DNA of 64,000 nucleotides from Cyanobacteria bacterium P01_F01_bin.150 (GCA_039189765.1 JBCCYL010000029.1:1-64000), one strand, 5' to 3'. Counted from the stretch's first letter, positions 1 to 11,521 are shown. Numbers and translations: made by a program. The notes: a model not told the origin generated them from the sequence alone.

Positions 1-321
1 AATTTTTTTTAATATTCTTCTAAAAAAACAAAATTGCCTCATGTTTCCGGGGGTGTGGGGGGGCGGGCCCCCCCCCACAACACCGTTGAATCCAAGTTAT
101 AAACCATATTTTAAGGTGTGAGACTGGATGGAGCACTCCGTGCCCCAGTTTCTCGTTAAATTCTTTCCGGCTCAAGATTTAAGTCATGATATTTACTTAA
201 ATCTTCTGAATTAATAGTTCTATATATCTCAGTGAAAAACTAAATCAACGCAAATACGCAAATAACTAACTGTAGTAAGTGGGCTTAATAAGGATATTGG
301 CGCTGTTCTTAATAGTCCATT

Positions 322-3300
322 ATGAAAAGATTTAGTGAGTTGATGCTTTGTTCGTCTCTTGGGATAAGCTTTCTTCTAGGCTTGCCCTTAAGCGTGTTTA
401 TAAATATACATTGTGCAAAAGCTCAGATAACTTCTGCGCTAGATGGCACTGCCTCACAAGTTGATATCAGTGGCAATCGAATTGATATTAGTGGGGGACG
501 GCTATCAAGCGATCGCGCTAATCTATTTCATAGCTTTGAGGAGTTTGGGTTAACTTCTGAGCAAATCGCCAATTTTCAAGTGGATGTAGACATTCAAAAT
601 GTTCTAGGGCGAATTGTTGGAGGCAATGCATCGATTATTGATGGTCTGATTCAAGTCACAGGTGGAGATGCAAATCTTTACCTGATGAATCCTGCCGGTA
701 TAGTGTTTGGAGCCAATGCTCAACTAAATGTGTCTGGCGATTTTACGGCAACCACCGCCACCAGTATTGGTATTGATGACCAATGGTTTCATTCTGTGGG
801 TGAAGTTCAATACGATAGCCTTGTAGGTTCTCCTTCCCAATTTGCGTTTACAGATTTTTCCGTAACCACTGATGGTCATGCATTTGGGTCGATTGTGAAT
901 ATGGGTGACCTTGCTTTAGAACCAACGCAGCATTTGATGCTTTTGGGTGGACTCGTCATCAATGCGGGGACGCTTCAAGTACCCGGTGGAACAATTACAG
1001 TGGCTGCTGTTCCCAATGATAATTTGGTGCGAATTAGCCAAGAGAATATGGTTCTGAATCTGGAAATGACCTCTCTAGAACAGGAGGCAGGGGAGTCAGT
1101 AACTCCAATAAACCCAGTGCCTTTTAGTCCATTATCACTCCCTGAACTGCTGACTGCTGGGGGACCAGACGCTGCGGCTGATATTCAAGTTTTAGCAAAC
1201 GGTAATATTCAGCTCACTGGCTCGGAGCTTGAAGTCCCCCTAACAGACGGGACAACGATCGCCTCGCAAACTATTGACACATCTAGTTCTCTTCCCATAA
1301 CTGATTCTTCCACCATTCAAGTTTTGGGGGAAGCGATCGCGGTTATTAATGGGAACATCACGGCATCGGGTCCTGAACAAGGGGGACGTGTTTATATTGG
1401 TGGAAATTTTCAAGGACAAGGACCATTGCCCAATGCAGAACGCCTATTTATCGATAAAGGAAGTCATCTAGAGGCCAGCACTTTTAAGAATGGTGATGGC
1501 GGAACCGTTATTGTCTGGGCGGATCAATCTACCCAGTTTTACGGCACTATTGATGCTCACGGGGGATCTCAAACGGGAAATGGAGGCTTTGTTGAAATCT
1601 CTGGAGAAGACTGGTTAGACTTTCAGGGCACAGTCGATACCACAGCCCTCAATGGGGCCACTGGAACGTTGCTATTGGACCCCCGAAATATTCGTATTGT
1701 TGCTCCCGGTGACGAGACTGTTAACAGCTCAGCAACGTTTGTTGTCTTTAGCGATGAGCCTCCGACAACAACCATTGCTTCAGACACCATTGAATCCGCG
1801 ACAACTGATGTTATTTTGCAAGCCAATAACGATATTGTCGTAGATGATGACATTGACACTACGGCAAATGGAAATACTCCTAGTTTGACTCTGCAAGCAG
1901 GCCGTAGCATTGATATCAATGCTTCTATTCGGCTACAAGATGGAAGCTTTATCGCCACCATTAACGATGAAGACGCTGATCCTGTCCAACGAGAACAAGG
2001 AGTGGCGACGTTTAGTCTGGCACCGGGACAAATCATTGAGACGATCGGTGCTGGCAATGTTTCAATTGAGCACGGAACGTTTGAATCTACCCATCTCAGC
2101 AGTTTTGATAGTGGAGAGATTGTCTTAGAGGGCGACCTGATCACTGACAGCGGCGATATTACTCTCAATGGTACTGGAGGAGTACCTATAAATGGAGAGA
2201 TTGCCAGTCAGGGCATTGGAGTGACCATATTTGACGCCAATATTCAAACGGATACAGGCACCATTACGATAAATGGCGTTGGAGGAGGAACAACGACTGG
2301 TACAGCCCCTCGTGGAACAGGTGTTTGGATTAATAGCAGTTCAACTGTTGAAGCGGTCACATCGGGAGCGCTTAACCTTCAGGGCACAGGAGGAAATGGA
2401 GAGAATGACAATAGCGGTATTCAAGTAGATGGGAGCTTAAGCATTAATAACGGTAGCCTAACGCTAGAAGGTCACGGCGGTGGCTTTGCAGACGGAAACG
2501 CTGTTCCAGGAAGCGGAATTTTACTGAATAGCGGATCACAGATAGAACTAATTAATAGTACTGCGACCTTAACAGGCTTCTCTGGTGCAGGCAACAGCAG
2601 CGTTTCAGTGGCTGGTATTGATGCGAGTGATTTTAATCTGACTTTAGATGACAGCAATGTCACGTTCGACGGCCAATATGATCACTTCTTGAACGGGCAA
2701 CATGCTGGGATTAGTCTTGAACGTGGATTTATTAATGATTTCAATGATTCATCTTTGACCATCAGTGGAGCCGTTAAGCAGGGTGACGGTATCGGTGTTT
2801 ATCTTGCTGATACGACCATCAATGCCTCTGACATTACTATTGATGGTATTGGTGACAGTACTGATTTTGATATGAGTGGGGTCGATATTCAGAATAGTAC
2901 GATCAGTGCCGATAACGATCTGTTGATTACTGGAGATGCGAATGCTGAAGGAATCAATGTTGGGGACAGCAACATTAGTACTGTGATCGGGACGCTCCAG
3001 TTGACAACGAATAACATTCGTTTGGACAATGCGGTGTTAGGTGGCAGTGATGTTTTACATATCCAACCCCTGGATGCCAACCATGACATTAGCTTAGTCG
3101 AGATTGCTGGGACTGGAGCTGGCTTAGAATTAGATAGGACTGAACTGGCAGCCATTGAAGACGGTTTTTCTGAAATTCAGATTGGTCGGGCGGATGGTAC
3201 TGGTGTGATTACGGCTATCGGTGATGTATTTTTCCCTGCGCCAGTATTGTTGCAATCTCCTCAAGATAACGGACGAATTGACACCGCTGCTGCTTCACTC

Positions 3301-6300
3301 AGCAGCCATCATTCTTTGGGCAATGGCTCTATTGAGTTTTTGGCGGACGGAGATATTATTGTGCGTGATCTCTCCACCGGTTTGACCTTGGGTATTGGTG
3401 AAGAGGAGCCTATTGTTGATGGTGATGGGCCAATGTCTACTGGCATAAACTCAGTTATTCTCAATACTCGCCAAGGTATTACAGTGCAAGGAATGATAGA
3501 TGTGAGTAGCACTGATGCGATCGATGGCGGCAGTATTGTCTTAGAGGCTGGGGAAACGATTCAAATTACAGAGGAGGGATTTTTGAATGCTTCTGGCGTG
3601 ACTGATCGGGGGCCTGAACAGGATGGTGGCATAATTCAGCTAACATCTGGATCTGACATTGTTAGTCGTGGATTTCTACAGGCTGCTGCCCTCAATGTTG
3701 ATGGTGATGCTGGCAGTGGGGGTGTGGTGACAATTAGGGCTGATGGCACAATTCAATTGGCTGATATTGACGTCTCTTCCCATGCCACTAATGGTCTTGG
3801 TGGAGAGGGTGGGTTGATTAGTCTCGAAGCAGGACAGGCGATCGCCATCGACGGATTACTAGATACTTCGAGCCAAAGTGATGGCGATGAATCTGGTTCT
3901 GGTGGTGCTATAACGGCAGCGGCAATCGATGATCTGAGCTGGTTTGGTAATTGGGATACAACGTCTGAAGCTAATAATATTGGTGGAGATGTCACCCTCA
4001 CTAGTGAATCTGGACGTCTGCTGCTCTCTCTTTTCACTGCTGACAATGATAGCGATCGCCAGAGTGGTGCCGTTACTCTCACCGCTCAGAATAATCTGTC
4101 ATTAGATATCGAGCACATTGGCGCTGAAAATCCAGTGCTCTCATCAACCGGTAGCCCGATTGCATTGACTAGTAATAATGGAGCGATTCAAATTACTTCA
4201 ACTACTGGCACACCGTTTACCTTAGCAACAGAAGGGGCAAGCCTAAGCATTAGCGGTACAGACTTAAACCTAGCGAATGTTAATTTCAGTACGGCTTCCG
4301 CGATAGAACCTGGAGGCGAGTTAACTCTTCAAGCATCTACCGGGGCGATCGCCACTGGTAATTTAGATAGCTCTGGCACCTCTGGAGGAAATATCAATGT
4401 ATTGGCGACTACTGCTATTACGACAGGTGCTATTGATGCAAGCGGTTCTCAAAGCAATGGAGGAAATGTCCTGCTCGATCCGAGTGGTGATATCCAAGTC
4501 GGATTTATTAATACTGAGGGCGGAGTGAATGGGGTGGGTGGCAAGGTAGATATCACTACCGAAAGCCTCTTCCGTGCCACAGATACATTTATGACCCAAG
4601 ATGGACAAGTCGCTAGTATTTCGAGTAATGGTGGTCAAGGAAGTGGAGATATCATTATTCGCTATGGTAGCGGTATGGATACGCCCTTCATTATTGGTGA
4701 GTCCATGCTGCACGGGACGGCAGGTATCGTAACAACAGGCTCCAATACGTTGGTAGCGGGTGAGTCATTCTTAGGCGCTGTAACTCGTGGAAACATAAAA
4801 CTAGAAACTGTAGGGGACACGTCTGATAATCCAAGCGCACCTAATACTATCGAGCCTCTTGCTACCGCAGATACCTTGTCGTCTACGCCTCAAGTCTCAA
4901 CTGATACTCCGTCCTCAAATCAAAATAATCCATCAAACTCTACTGCTCCTAATTCTCCGTCTAGCCAACGGCCAAATGAGCCAAACCGATCGCAGGATGC
5001 AGCATTCCATAATTTACAAACACCATTGATTGGTCTACTGAGTCAATCTCATCCTTTGGTTCAGACTGAAGGGCAGCACTCAGCGCCCCATGAAGCCGAT
5101 GGAAATTTTTCATCAGGATTTGAGCAACATGTTGCAATGGATAGTTTTGCGATTGAACTAGAATCAATGGGCGATTTGGAGGAAGGTATTGTCGATGATT
5201 TCTCAAACCATTTTGAGTTGCCTGTTGTGGCCCCAATTGTAAGTGTTGGAGATGCCCAGAATACCTTACGCCAAATTCAATCTCACACAGGCGTTAGCCC
5301 TGCCGTGATTTATGCTCAGTTTGTGTCATCTCAGTCCCCATCAGCCCTCACAAATGAAGCTAAGAATAACGACTTATTAATTCATGGTTCGGATCAATTG
5401 GAATTAATGGTGGTCTCTTCTGCTGGTCTGCCAACTCGTATTCGTGTGGATGGGGCGACTCGCAATAAGGTTGAGCGAGTTGTTCGCCAGTTTCAGAACG
5501 ATATTACTAATCCTGCCAGACGGCATAGCGATCGCTATCTTGCCAGTGCCCAAACTCTTCATCAATGGTTGATTGCCCCGATTGAAGCAACGCTAATCGA
5601 TGAGGGCATTGAGAACATAGCGTTTGTTTTAGACAATGGACTGCGCTCTTTACCGATGGCAGCGTTGCATGATGGGGAGCGTTTCTTGATTGAAAAGTAT
5701 AGCGTTGGCATGATGCCAAGTCTGAGTTTGACGGATACTCGGTATGTGGATACCCGTGACTTAGGAATCTTAGCCATGGGAGCTTCTGAGTTTGAACAGC
5801 AGGCTCCTCTTCCTGCTGTGCCTGTGGAGCTTGCCGCGATTACAGAAGATATTTGGCAAAATGGCGAATATTTTCTCAATAAAGACTTTACAATAGAGAA
5901 CCTCAAAGCCCAGCGTCAGGAGCAACCTTATGGCATTGTTCATTTAGCAACTCATGGTGAGTTTAGAGCGGGAACGCCTGAAAATTCTTATCTTCAATTA
6001 GGCGATCGCACCTTACATCTCAACGAACTACGAGAGTTGGGATTAAATGACCCTACCGTTGAATTGTTAGTGCTGAGTGCATGCCGGACTGCATTGGGCG
6101 ATGATTCTGCTGAACTAGGCTTTGCTGGTTTAGCGTTGCAAGCAGGTGTGAAATCTGTGATGGCAAGTTTATGGTATGTCAGTGATGCTGGAGCCTTAGG
6201 CCTTACTACGGAATTTTATCGTCAGCTTCGAGAAACACCGATTAAAGCTGAGGCTCTTCGGCAAGCACAGCTTGCAATGATTCGTGGAGATATTGCCCTT

Positions 6301-6432
6301 GATGGAAATGTGTTGCGCAGCATTCGAGGAGGCAATATTAACTTACCAGAAGCCGTCACCAGTGAAATCTCTATGGATTTATCGCATCCATTTTATTGGT
6401 CTGCTTTTACGATGGTTGGTAGTCCTTGGTAA
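322..6432 (+). CDS. Filamentous haemagglutinin-N (TPS secretion domain) protein with beta-helix repeats and C-terminal CHAT (caspase-like) domain
   Basis: Signal peptide; NLFHSF..F and LMNPAGIVFG TPS motifs; Gly-rich GG.I.L repeats; Ser/Pro linker; CHAT motifs HLATHG, LSACRTA, HPFYWSAF. Confidence 0.9.
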   Translation: MKRFSELMLCSSLGISFLLGLPLSVFINIHCAKAQITSALDGTASQVDISGNRIDISGGRLSSDRANLFHSFEEFGLTSEQIANFQVDVDIQNVLGRIVGGNASIIDGLIQVTGGDANLYLMNPAGIVFGANAQLNVSGDFTATTATSIGIDDQWFHSVGEVQYDSLVGSPSQFAFTDFSVTTDGHAFGSIVNMGDLALEPTQHLMLLGGLVINAGTLQVPGGTITVAAVPNDNLVRISQENMVLNLEMTSLEQEAGESVTPINPVPFSPLSLPELLTAGGPDAAADIQVLANGNIQLTGSELEVPLTDGTTIASQTIDTSSSLPITDSSTIQVLGEAIAVINGNITASGPEQGGRVYIGGNFQGQGPLPNAERLFIDKGSHLEASTFKNGDGGTVIVWADQSTQFYGTIDAHGGSQTGNGGFVEISGEDWLDFQGTVDTTALNGATGTLLLDPRNIRIVAPGDETVNSSATFVVFSDEPPTTTIASDTIESATTDVILQANNDIVVDDDIDTTANGNTPSLTLQAGRSIDINASIRLQDGSFIATINDEDADPVQREQGVATFSLAPGQIIETIGAGNVSIEHGTFESTHLSSFDSGEIVLEGDLITDSGDITLNGTGGVPINGEIASQGIGVTIFDANIQTDTGTITINGVGGGTTTGTAPRGTGVWINSSSTVEAVTSGALNLQGTGGNGENDNSGIQVDGSLSINNGSLTLEGHGGGFADGNAVPGSGILLNSGSQIELINSTATLTGFSGAGNSSVSVAGIDASDFNLTLDDSNVTFDGQYDHFLNGQHAGISLERGFINDFNDSSLTISGAVKQGDGIGVYLADTTINASDITIDGIGDSTDFDMSGVDIQNSTISADNDLLITGDANAEGINVGDSNISTVIGTLQLTTNNIRLDNAVLGGSDVLHIQPLDANHDISLVEIAGTGAGLELDRTELAAIEDGFSEIQIGRADGTGVITAIGDVFFPAPVLLQSPQDNGRIDTAAASLSSHHSLGNGSIEFLADGDIIVRDLSTGLTLGIGEEEPIVDGDGPMSTGINSVILNTRQGITVQGMIDVSSTDAIDGGSIVLEAGETIQITEEGFLNASGVTDRGPEQDGGIIQLTSGSDIVSRGFLQAAALNVDGDAGSGGVVTIRADGTIQLADIDVSSHATNGLGGEGGLISLEAGQAIAIDGLLDTSSQSDGDESGSGGAITAAAIDDLSWFGNWDTTSEANNIGGDVTLTSESGRLLLSLFTADNDSDRQSGAVTLTAQNNLSLDIEHIGAENPVLSSTGSPIALTSNNGAIQITSTTGTPFTLATEGASLSISGTDLNLANVNFSTASAIEPGGELTLQASTGAIATGNLDSSGTSGGNINVLATTAITTGAIDASGSQSNGGNVLLDPSGDIQVGFINTEGGVNGVGGKVDITTESLFRATDTFMTQDGQVASISSNGGQGSGDIIIRYGSGMDTPFIIGESMLHGTAGIVTTGSNTLVAGESFLGAVTRGNIKLETVGDTSDNPSAPNTIEPLATADTLSSTPQVSTDTPSSNQNNPSNSTAPNSPSSQRPNEPNRSQDAAFHNLQTPLIGLLSQSHPLVQTEGQHSAPHEADGNFSSGFEQHVAMDSFAIELESMGDLEEGIVDDFSNHFELPVVAPIVSVGDAQNTLRQIQSHTGVSPAVIYAQFVSSQSPSALTNEAKNNDLLIHGSDQLELMVVSSAGLPTRIRVDGATRNKVERVVRQFQNDITNPARRHSDRYLASAQTLHQWLIAPIEATLIDEGIENIAFVLDNGLRSLPMAALHDGERFLIEKYSVGMMPSLSLTDTRYVDTRDLGILAMGASEFEQQAPLPAVPVELAAITEDIWQNGEYFLNKDFTIENLKAQRQEQPYGIVHLATHGEFRAGTPENSYLQLGDRTLHLNELRELGLNDPTVELLVLSACRTALGDDSAELGFAGLALQAGVKSVMASLWYVSDAGALGLTTEFYRQLRETPIKAEALRQAQLAMIRGDIALDGNVLRSIRGGNINLPEAVTSEISMDLSHPFYWSAFTMVGSPW
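509..516. repeat. HIP1 octamer GCGATCGC (one example; dozens across the window)
   Basis: Recurrent palindrome typical of cyanobacterial genomes. Confidence 0.9.
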
Positions 6433-6681
6433 TGCGACACTAATCAAGAAGAACATCCTAAAATACGCATAATTACGCATGAAAGATATGGGAAGGCTCA
6501 GACTATTATAGATAAAACTGCATCTTTTAATAAGAAGCGAGAAAACTATTTTTCCGATTCTAGATGTAGGTGCTATTTTATATGAATTTTTATTTAAGTA
6601 ATCCTAGTTAAGGAGATGGCCTGCATATCTATTTTTCTTTTATTGCGATAAAAATGGATAGAGCAACCACGCAGAGGTAAG

Positions 6682-8724
6682 GTGGTGGATCAATATAATT
6701 GGGAACAACTCACATCTCAGCAAACTTTAGCAGCTATTGCCCAGGCTGCAATGGAAAAGTCTCCTGCCTCTCGAAAAAAAATTGAAGAAGTCTTGCAGGT
6801 ATTATCAAGTACGTTAGCCAACCTACAGGGCACGACGGATGAGTTGCGTGAACAGCATGACGTGTTGATTGATTCATATCGTAATATTGCTGAATATTCT
6901 CATCATTATCAGCATGTCTTTGCGCAGGCCCCTCAAAGTCTTGTCATTACTGATGAAGAGGGCAAAATTCAAGATTTGAATTTTGCGGCCATTCAATTAT
7001 TGGGCGATCCGTTAGGGAAAAACGGAGAAAATGCAGGAACATCTTGTCATGTTGATCGAACCGCTTTACTTGAACAATCGCTCCAATCGTTTGTTGCGCC
7101 GGAATCAGTTCAGGTATTTGCTCAATATTTAGAGGATGTTCGTCGGCTGTCCCCTATTAAACAGGCATCTTTGCCATCGATTCAAGTTTTAATTGACCCG
7201 ATATTGGGACAACAGCAGTGGGTGCATATCTCGGCTCGATGTATCTCTGCTGTTTTGAATGAAGGTCGGGTGATCAGTTGGGCAATAACTGACATAACGG
7301 ATGTGTCGCAGACGGAGTTTGCTTTAAAGCGACAGATCCAAGAGATTCACCAAAATTATGCGGATATCCAGAGGGCTAATCAAGCTCTAGAGAAGACGGT
7401 TCAGGCTAAAAGCTCGCAGGTTTTGAAGGCCACTGAATTTGAATCCACGCTGAAACGAATTACAGATAAGGTTCGAGACTCCCTAGACGAAAGTAAAATT
7501 CTACAAACAGTGGTAAGAGAGCTGTCTATCGTTTTGCGTTTAGGCGGTTGTAATACTGCTTTATATGATCTAGACAAAGGAATTTCAACCATTTCCTATG
7601 AGTACACCAACTTCATTTCTGCTTATCGTGGGAAAGTTGCTCAGATGGATAAGTTTCCTGAAATCTATAATCAATTAAAGCAGGGAAACTATTTTCAGTT
7701 TTGTTCCCTGATTCCCAATCCAGAACGGGGGCATGTGTCGCTACTAGCCTGTCCGATTTTTGTAGATTCTGAAACAGAAGAAGCCATCGCAGAAGCGCAT
7801 GAATCTGACTCAAAAGAACCGCCCAACAATGGGATGAGTCGGGAAAAAGTGCTGGGTGATCTTTGGCTTATTGATCGTAAAGAGCATGTATTTAATGAAT
7901 TTGAAATTCGTTTGGTGCAGCAGGTCGCTAACCAGTGTGCGATCGCGATTCGACAAGCTCGCCTCTATAAGGCAGCACAAGCACAAGTTCATGAGCTAGA
8001 AAAATTGAACCGTCTTAAAGATGAATTTCTGAGTACCGTTTCTCATGAGTTGCGGACCCCCATCTCAAATGTAAAAATGGCCATTCATATGTTGAAGAAT
8101 GCTCCTACTGAAGAAAAACGGCAGCAGTATCTGAAAATTTTAGAGGCAGAGTCTCAGCGAGAAGCAGATCTAATAGACGATCTGTTAGATCTACAGAAAT
8201 TGGAGGTTTCTACATATTCAATTTCAGCTAGAACTCTTCAAATTGGTCCTTGGTTAGAAAGTATCACTCAACCTTTTAAATCGCGGATGGAGTCTCAGCA
8301 GCAGCATATGAGCATAGGGTATTCAACGCCCAGGCGAACCTTAAGAACCGACTTTGGTGTTTTGGAACGTATCCTGGTTGAACTGTTGAATAATGCCTGT
8401 AAATATACTCCATCCGGTCACAAAATCCAGGTCCAAGTCTATGATGAAGGCGATGAGGAAAAGAACGGCGCTGATTTGAACTTGCTAGTGTCTTCATCTA
8501 CAGTCTTCAAAGTCAGTAATCAAGCAGAAATTACGGAAGATGAACTGCCGCATATTTTCGATAAATTTTATCGTATTCCCCATTCAGACCCTTGGAAGCA
8601 GGGGGGCACAGGGTTAGGGTTGGCTCTGGTTCAAAAGCTGGTGGAACAAATTCAGGGCAAGATAGAGGTTAGTAGCCTGGATGGATGGACTCATTTTACA
8701 GTGAGCATTATCCATCACGATTAG
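6682..8724 (+). CDS. PAS-GAF sensor histidine kinase
   Basis: H-box VSHELRTP, N-box ELLNNACKY, G-boxes GGTGLGL; GAF ending QQVANQCAIAIRQARLY. Confidence 0.9.
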   Translation: MVDQYNWEQLTSQQTLAAIAQAAMEKSPASRKKIEEVLQVLSSTLANLQGTTDELREQHDVLIDSYRNIAEYSHHYQHVFAQAPQSLVITDEEGKIQDLNFAAIQLLGDPLGKNGENAGTSCHVDRTALLEQSLQSFVAPESVQVFAQYLEDVRRLSPIKQASLPSIQVLIDPILGQQQWVHISARCISAVLNEGRVISWAITDITDVSQTEFALKRQIQEIHQNYADIQRANQALEKTVQAKSSQVLKATEFESTLKRITDKVRDSLDESKILQTVVRELSIVLRLGGCNTALYDLDKGISTISYEYTNFISAYRGKVAQMDKFPEIYNQLKQGNYFQFCSLIPNPERGHVSLLACPIFVDSETEEAIAEAHESDSKEPPNNGMSREKVLGDLWLIDRKEHVFNEFEIRLVQQVANQCAIAIRQARLYKAAQAQVHELEKLNRLKDEFLSTVSHELRTPISNVKMAIHMLKNAPTEEKRQQYLKILEAESQREADLIDDLLDLQKLEVSTYSISARTLQIGPWLESITQPFKSRMESQQQHMSIGYSTPRRTLRTDFGVLERILVELLNNACKYTPSGHKIQVQVYDEGDEEKNGADLNLLVSSSTVFKVSNQAEITEDELPHIFDKFYRIPHSDPWKQGGTGLGLALVQKLVEQIQGKIEVSSLDGWTHFTVSIIHHD

Positions 8725-8798
8725 AGAATTGCCAGAGGTGGAGGCGAGAGAATTCCGTTCCCACATTTAGGACTCCAACCGAATCGCCATCATGGTTC

Positions 8799-8878
8799 GG
8801 GTTTCGTTTTAAGGCGAAACAACATCAAAGGTCGTGTGGGCGTGGAGCGGCCACACGATCTGCCTAAAGTTAATACCC
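8799..8878 (-). mobile_element. 80-bp MITE-like element, family A (inverted copy)
   Basis: Reverse complement matches the copies at 40433, 48157 and 50916; imperfect 18-bp terminal inverted repeats and an internal hairpin. Confidence 0.7.
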
Positions 8879-8880
8879 AA

Positions 8881-9813
8881 CTAGTCCAATCCCTCAAATC
8901 TCCAGGGAACGGGATCAACTGCAGTACCATTCACATACAGTCCCCAGTGAAGGTGGGGACCCGTTGAAGCACCAGTGGAACCGATCGCTCCGATTACTTG
9001 ACCTGCTTCGACAAAATCACCATCTTGGACATCAATGCGGCTGAGATGAATCATAATACTGAGTACACCTTGACCGTGATCAATGCCAATAGTGTTGCCA
9101 TGCAGCTCAAATCCTTCGCTAACGGTCCCTACCAGGCGAATATAACCTGAGGCCGGAGCCACCACTGGAGCTCCGGTTCCTGCGGCATAATCGACACCTC
9201 TGTGGTAATAGTTTTGGGCAAATTCTCCGTTGTAATAGCGGCGGTTTCCATATTCAGAGCTGACTCGGCCACCGCTGGGCCGGAGCATGGGGCCATCCCA
9301 AAATTTCTCAGGACTGAGGATTTTCTTAAATTCAGCGACACGAGCAAATTCATGATCCGTGCCTAAGTTTGAATTTCCAGGGGAAAGTCGGATCCATTGG
9401 GTATGGAAGGAGCGATCGCTCAAATTGACTGACCTTGACTCAGACCCTTCATCGCCATCAATTTGAATGGTTTTTTGACCAGGTGTATCCAAAGGACTCG
9501 TTGGCACCATAGCTCGAAATCGGCCATCAGGAAGGGGAAAGCTTTGGTAAGTATTTTCGCCCATCGTAACCAAAGGAGGATTGACTGTGCCTTGGTTGGG
9601 ACTGATAAAGACAGAAATGGTGTCGCCTAAACGGGGATTTCCAGGCAAAATATCCACGCTGTAAGCATATACACCTGACCCTACCGTAAGAACCAACGCC
9701 AATGTACCAGCTAGAATAGCCATCAAACGGCGACTATGGCGTGCCAAGAGTTGCCGAAATTCAGACTCAAAAGACCAATATCTTGTTCTGGCAGTATGCT
9801 TCGTTTGATTCAT
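8881..9813 (-). CDS. M23 family metallopeptidase
   Basis: HRGVD and GASTGPHLH zinc motifs; N-terminal hydrophobic anchor. Confidence 0.9.
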   Translation of the reverse strand: MNQTKHTARTRYWSFESEFRQLLARHSRRLMAILAGTLALVLTVGSGVYAYSVDILPGNPRLGDTISVFISPNQGTVNPPLVTMGENTYQSFPLPDGRFRAMVPTSPLDTPGQKTIQIDGDEGSESRSVNLSDRSFHTQWIRLSPGNSNLGTDHEFARVAEFKKILSPEKFWDGPMLRPSGGRVSSEYGNRRYYNGEFAQNYYHRGVDYAAGTGAPVVAPASGYIRLVGTVSEGFELHGNTIGIDHGQGVLSIMIHLSRIDVQDGDFVEAGQVIGAIGSTGASTGPHLHWGLYVNGTAVDPVPWRFEGLD

Positions 9814-10037
9814 CAGTTTATCCTTGGCTACAACAATGTGCTGGCCTAATGTGGAGGCACAATACGGGCATCTCCTTATGCAGCCAGCGCACCAAATATT
9901 TTACTCATTATGGTCGCGTGGCATCAGGATGAAATAAGGTATTGCTTTAAACTAGCTTAGGGCGCATTCCCCCACCCTAGAGAGGATGGGGGAGGTTTCA
10001 TTTGCTGGTTGAAGGAATCCAAGGGACAAACCATACG

Positions 10038-11201
10038 ATGAGTCAGGTCGTTATTATTGGATGCGGATTAGTGGGGGCAGCGATCGCCTATGAACTAAGC
10101 GCAATCACTAACTTAAAAATTACGGTTCTGGATCGACAACTTCCAGCCCAGGGTTCTACAGGCGCAGCTTTAGGGGTGTTGATGGGGGCGATTAGTCAAA
10201 AGAAAAAAGGGCGGGCTTGGAAACTAAGGGAACATAGTCTTCGTACCTATGAAATGTGGGTACCTGAATTAGAAAAAGTGACTGCTCAGTCTATTCGCTT
10301 TAACCGAGATGGGTTGGTTCGTTTAATCTTTGGTGATGATAATTTAGAGAAATGGGAAGCACTCCGAACGATTCGGCATGACCAGGGCTGGCCGTTGGAA
10401 ATTTGGCCTCGTAGTGAGCTGGATCAGCGATACCCAGGTATTGGTGAATATGTGGGCGATCGTATGATTACTGGGGCGATCTATTCGGGGGGCGATCGCC
10501 AAATTGATCCCAAAGCCTTGACCTACGCTTTGATTGCTGCCTGCAAACAGCGCGGTGTAACCTTTCACTTTGAGACAGAAGTCTGTGGCCTGGATTTGAG
10601 TAGCGACGCTGCTTTCTCAACACATCCCCATCTGATTTTGACCCCATCAACTTCTTTGCAGGCGGATTGGGTGATTATTTCGGCAGGGCTGGAGACGACG
10701 GGACTGACAGAGGGGGTTCAGCATCCTGTGGATATTCGGCCTGTGCTGGGGCAAGCAATGAGAGTGAGGTTACCGTTATCGGTCGTTGCTGAGGCGATGT
10801 CCAGCCAAGTGGCTAATGATATGTCAACGTTTCAACCCGTGCTGACTGGAAACGATGTTCATGTGATTCCGCTGGGCGTAAAGGATGTCCATCAAGAGTA
10901 TTGGGTTGGAGCGACGGTGGAATTTCCAGATGATCACGGTTCTGTGATGGCCGATGAGGCTTTATTCCAGCAGATGTGGGCAGGGGCGATCGCGTTTTAC
11001 CCAGTCCTTGCAAACGCTGATATTTTAGAACGATGGTCTGGTAACCGGCCCCGACCCTTTGGGCGTCCAGCCCCGATAGTGGAACCTTTGGCAGGATCTT
11101 CTCAAGTAATTGTGGCAGCGGGACATTATCGCAATGGTGTTCTTCTTGCTCCTGCAACTGCTCACCTTGTCAAAGAATTCATGGGGTATGGGGATAGCTG
11201 A
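10038..11201 (+). CDS. FAD-dependent oxidoreductase (glycine oxidase/DAO family)
   Basis: IIGCGLVG FAD-binding motif; GHYRNGVLLAP C-terminal motif; ATG at 10038 preferred over TTG at 10002. Confidence 0.85.
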   Translation: MSQVVIIGCGLVGAAIAYELSAITNLKITVLDRQLPAQGSTGAALGVLMGAISQKKKGRAWKLREHSLRTYEMWVPELEKVTAQSIRFNRDGLVRLIFGDDNLEKWEALRTIRHDQGWPLEIWPRSELDQRYPGIGEYVGDRMITGAIYSGGDRQIDPKALTYALIAACKQRGVTFHFETEVCGLDLSSDAAFSTHPHLILTPSTSLQADWVIISAGLETTGLTEGVQHPVDIRPVLGQAMRVRLPLSVVAEAMSSQVANDMSTFQPVLTGNDVHVIPLGVKDVHQEYWVGATVEFPDDHGSVMADEALFQQMWAGAIAFYPVLANADILERWSGNRPRPFGRPAPIVEPLAGSSQVIVAAGHYRNGVLLAPATAHLVKEFMGYGDS

Positions 11202-11337
11202 TGCAATTTTGGATGAGATGCATAGGATTGAGGTATGCGACTCGGCAGGGCGACTACCTCAATGTCTTTTTAAAGAATTGGACACAATGACTTATCGCGA
11301 TTGTTGACTTTATGATTCAGTGAAACGTAAACCTTAC

Positions 11338-11353
11338 TGTAGCCCTGATTACA
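11338..11353. promoter_or_regulatory. Possible NtcA-type box upstream of the NTRC gene
   Basis: TGTA-GCCCTGAT-TACA matches TGTA-N8-TACA, but there is no canonically spaced -10 element. Confidence 0.3.
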
Positions 11354-11521
11354 AAACTTTACGTTAAACTGTTAAGCATAATCGTTATGAGTTTGCCTTG
11401 CTGAACAGGCATGCAGTTTAATCTGTAAATGAAATGCTCGGTCAAGTGTTAAGACTCTGTCGTAAAATTCCTGGCAATATATTATCCCCAAATTACAGAA
11501 CCAATAACGGAGGCAAGACAT

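Noticed and set aside
1..100. Homopolymer-rich hairpin resembling the family A element
   Set aside because: Terminal repeats are not recognisable and long G/C/A/T runs suggest low-quality sequence; not counted as a confirmed copy
6682..8724. GAF domain as a cyanobacteriochrome
   Set aside because: Bilin-binding CH and DxCF-type motifs are not evident
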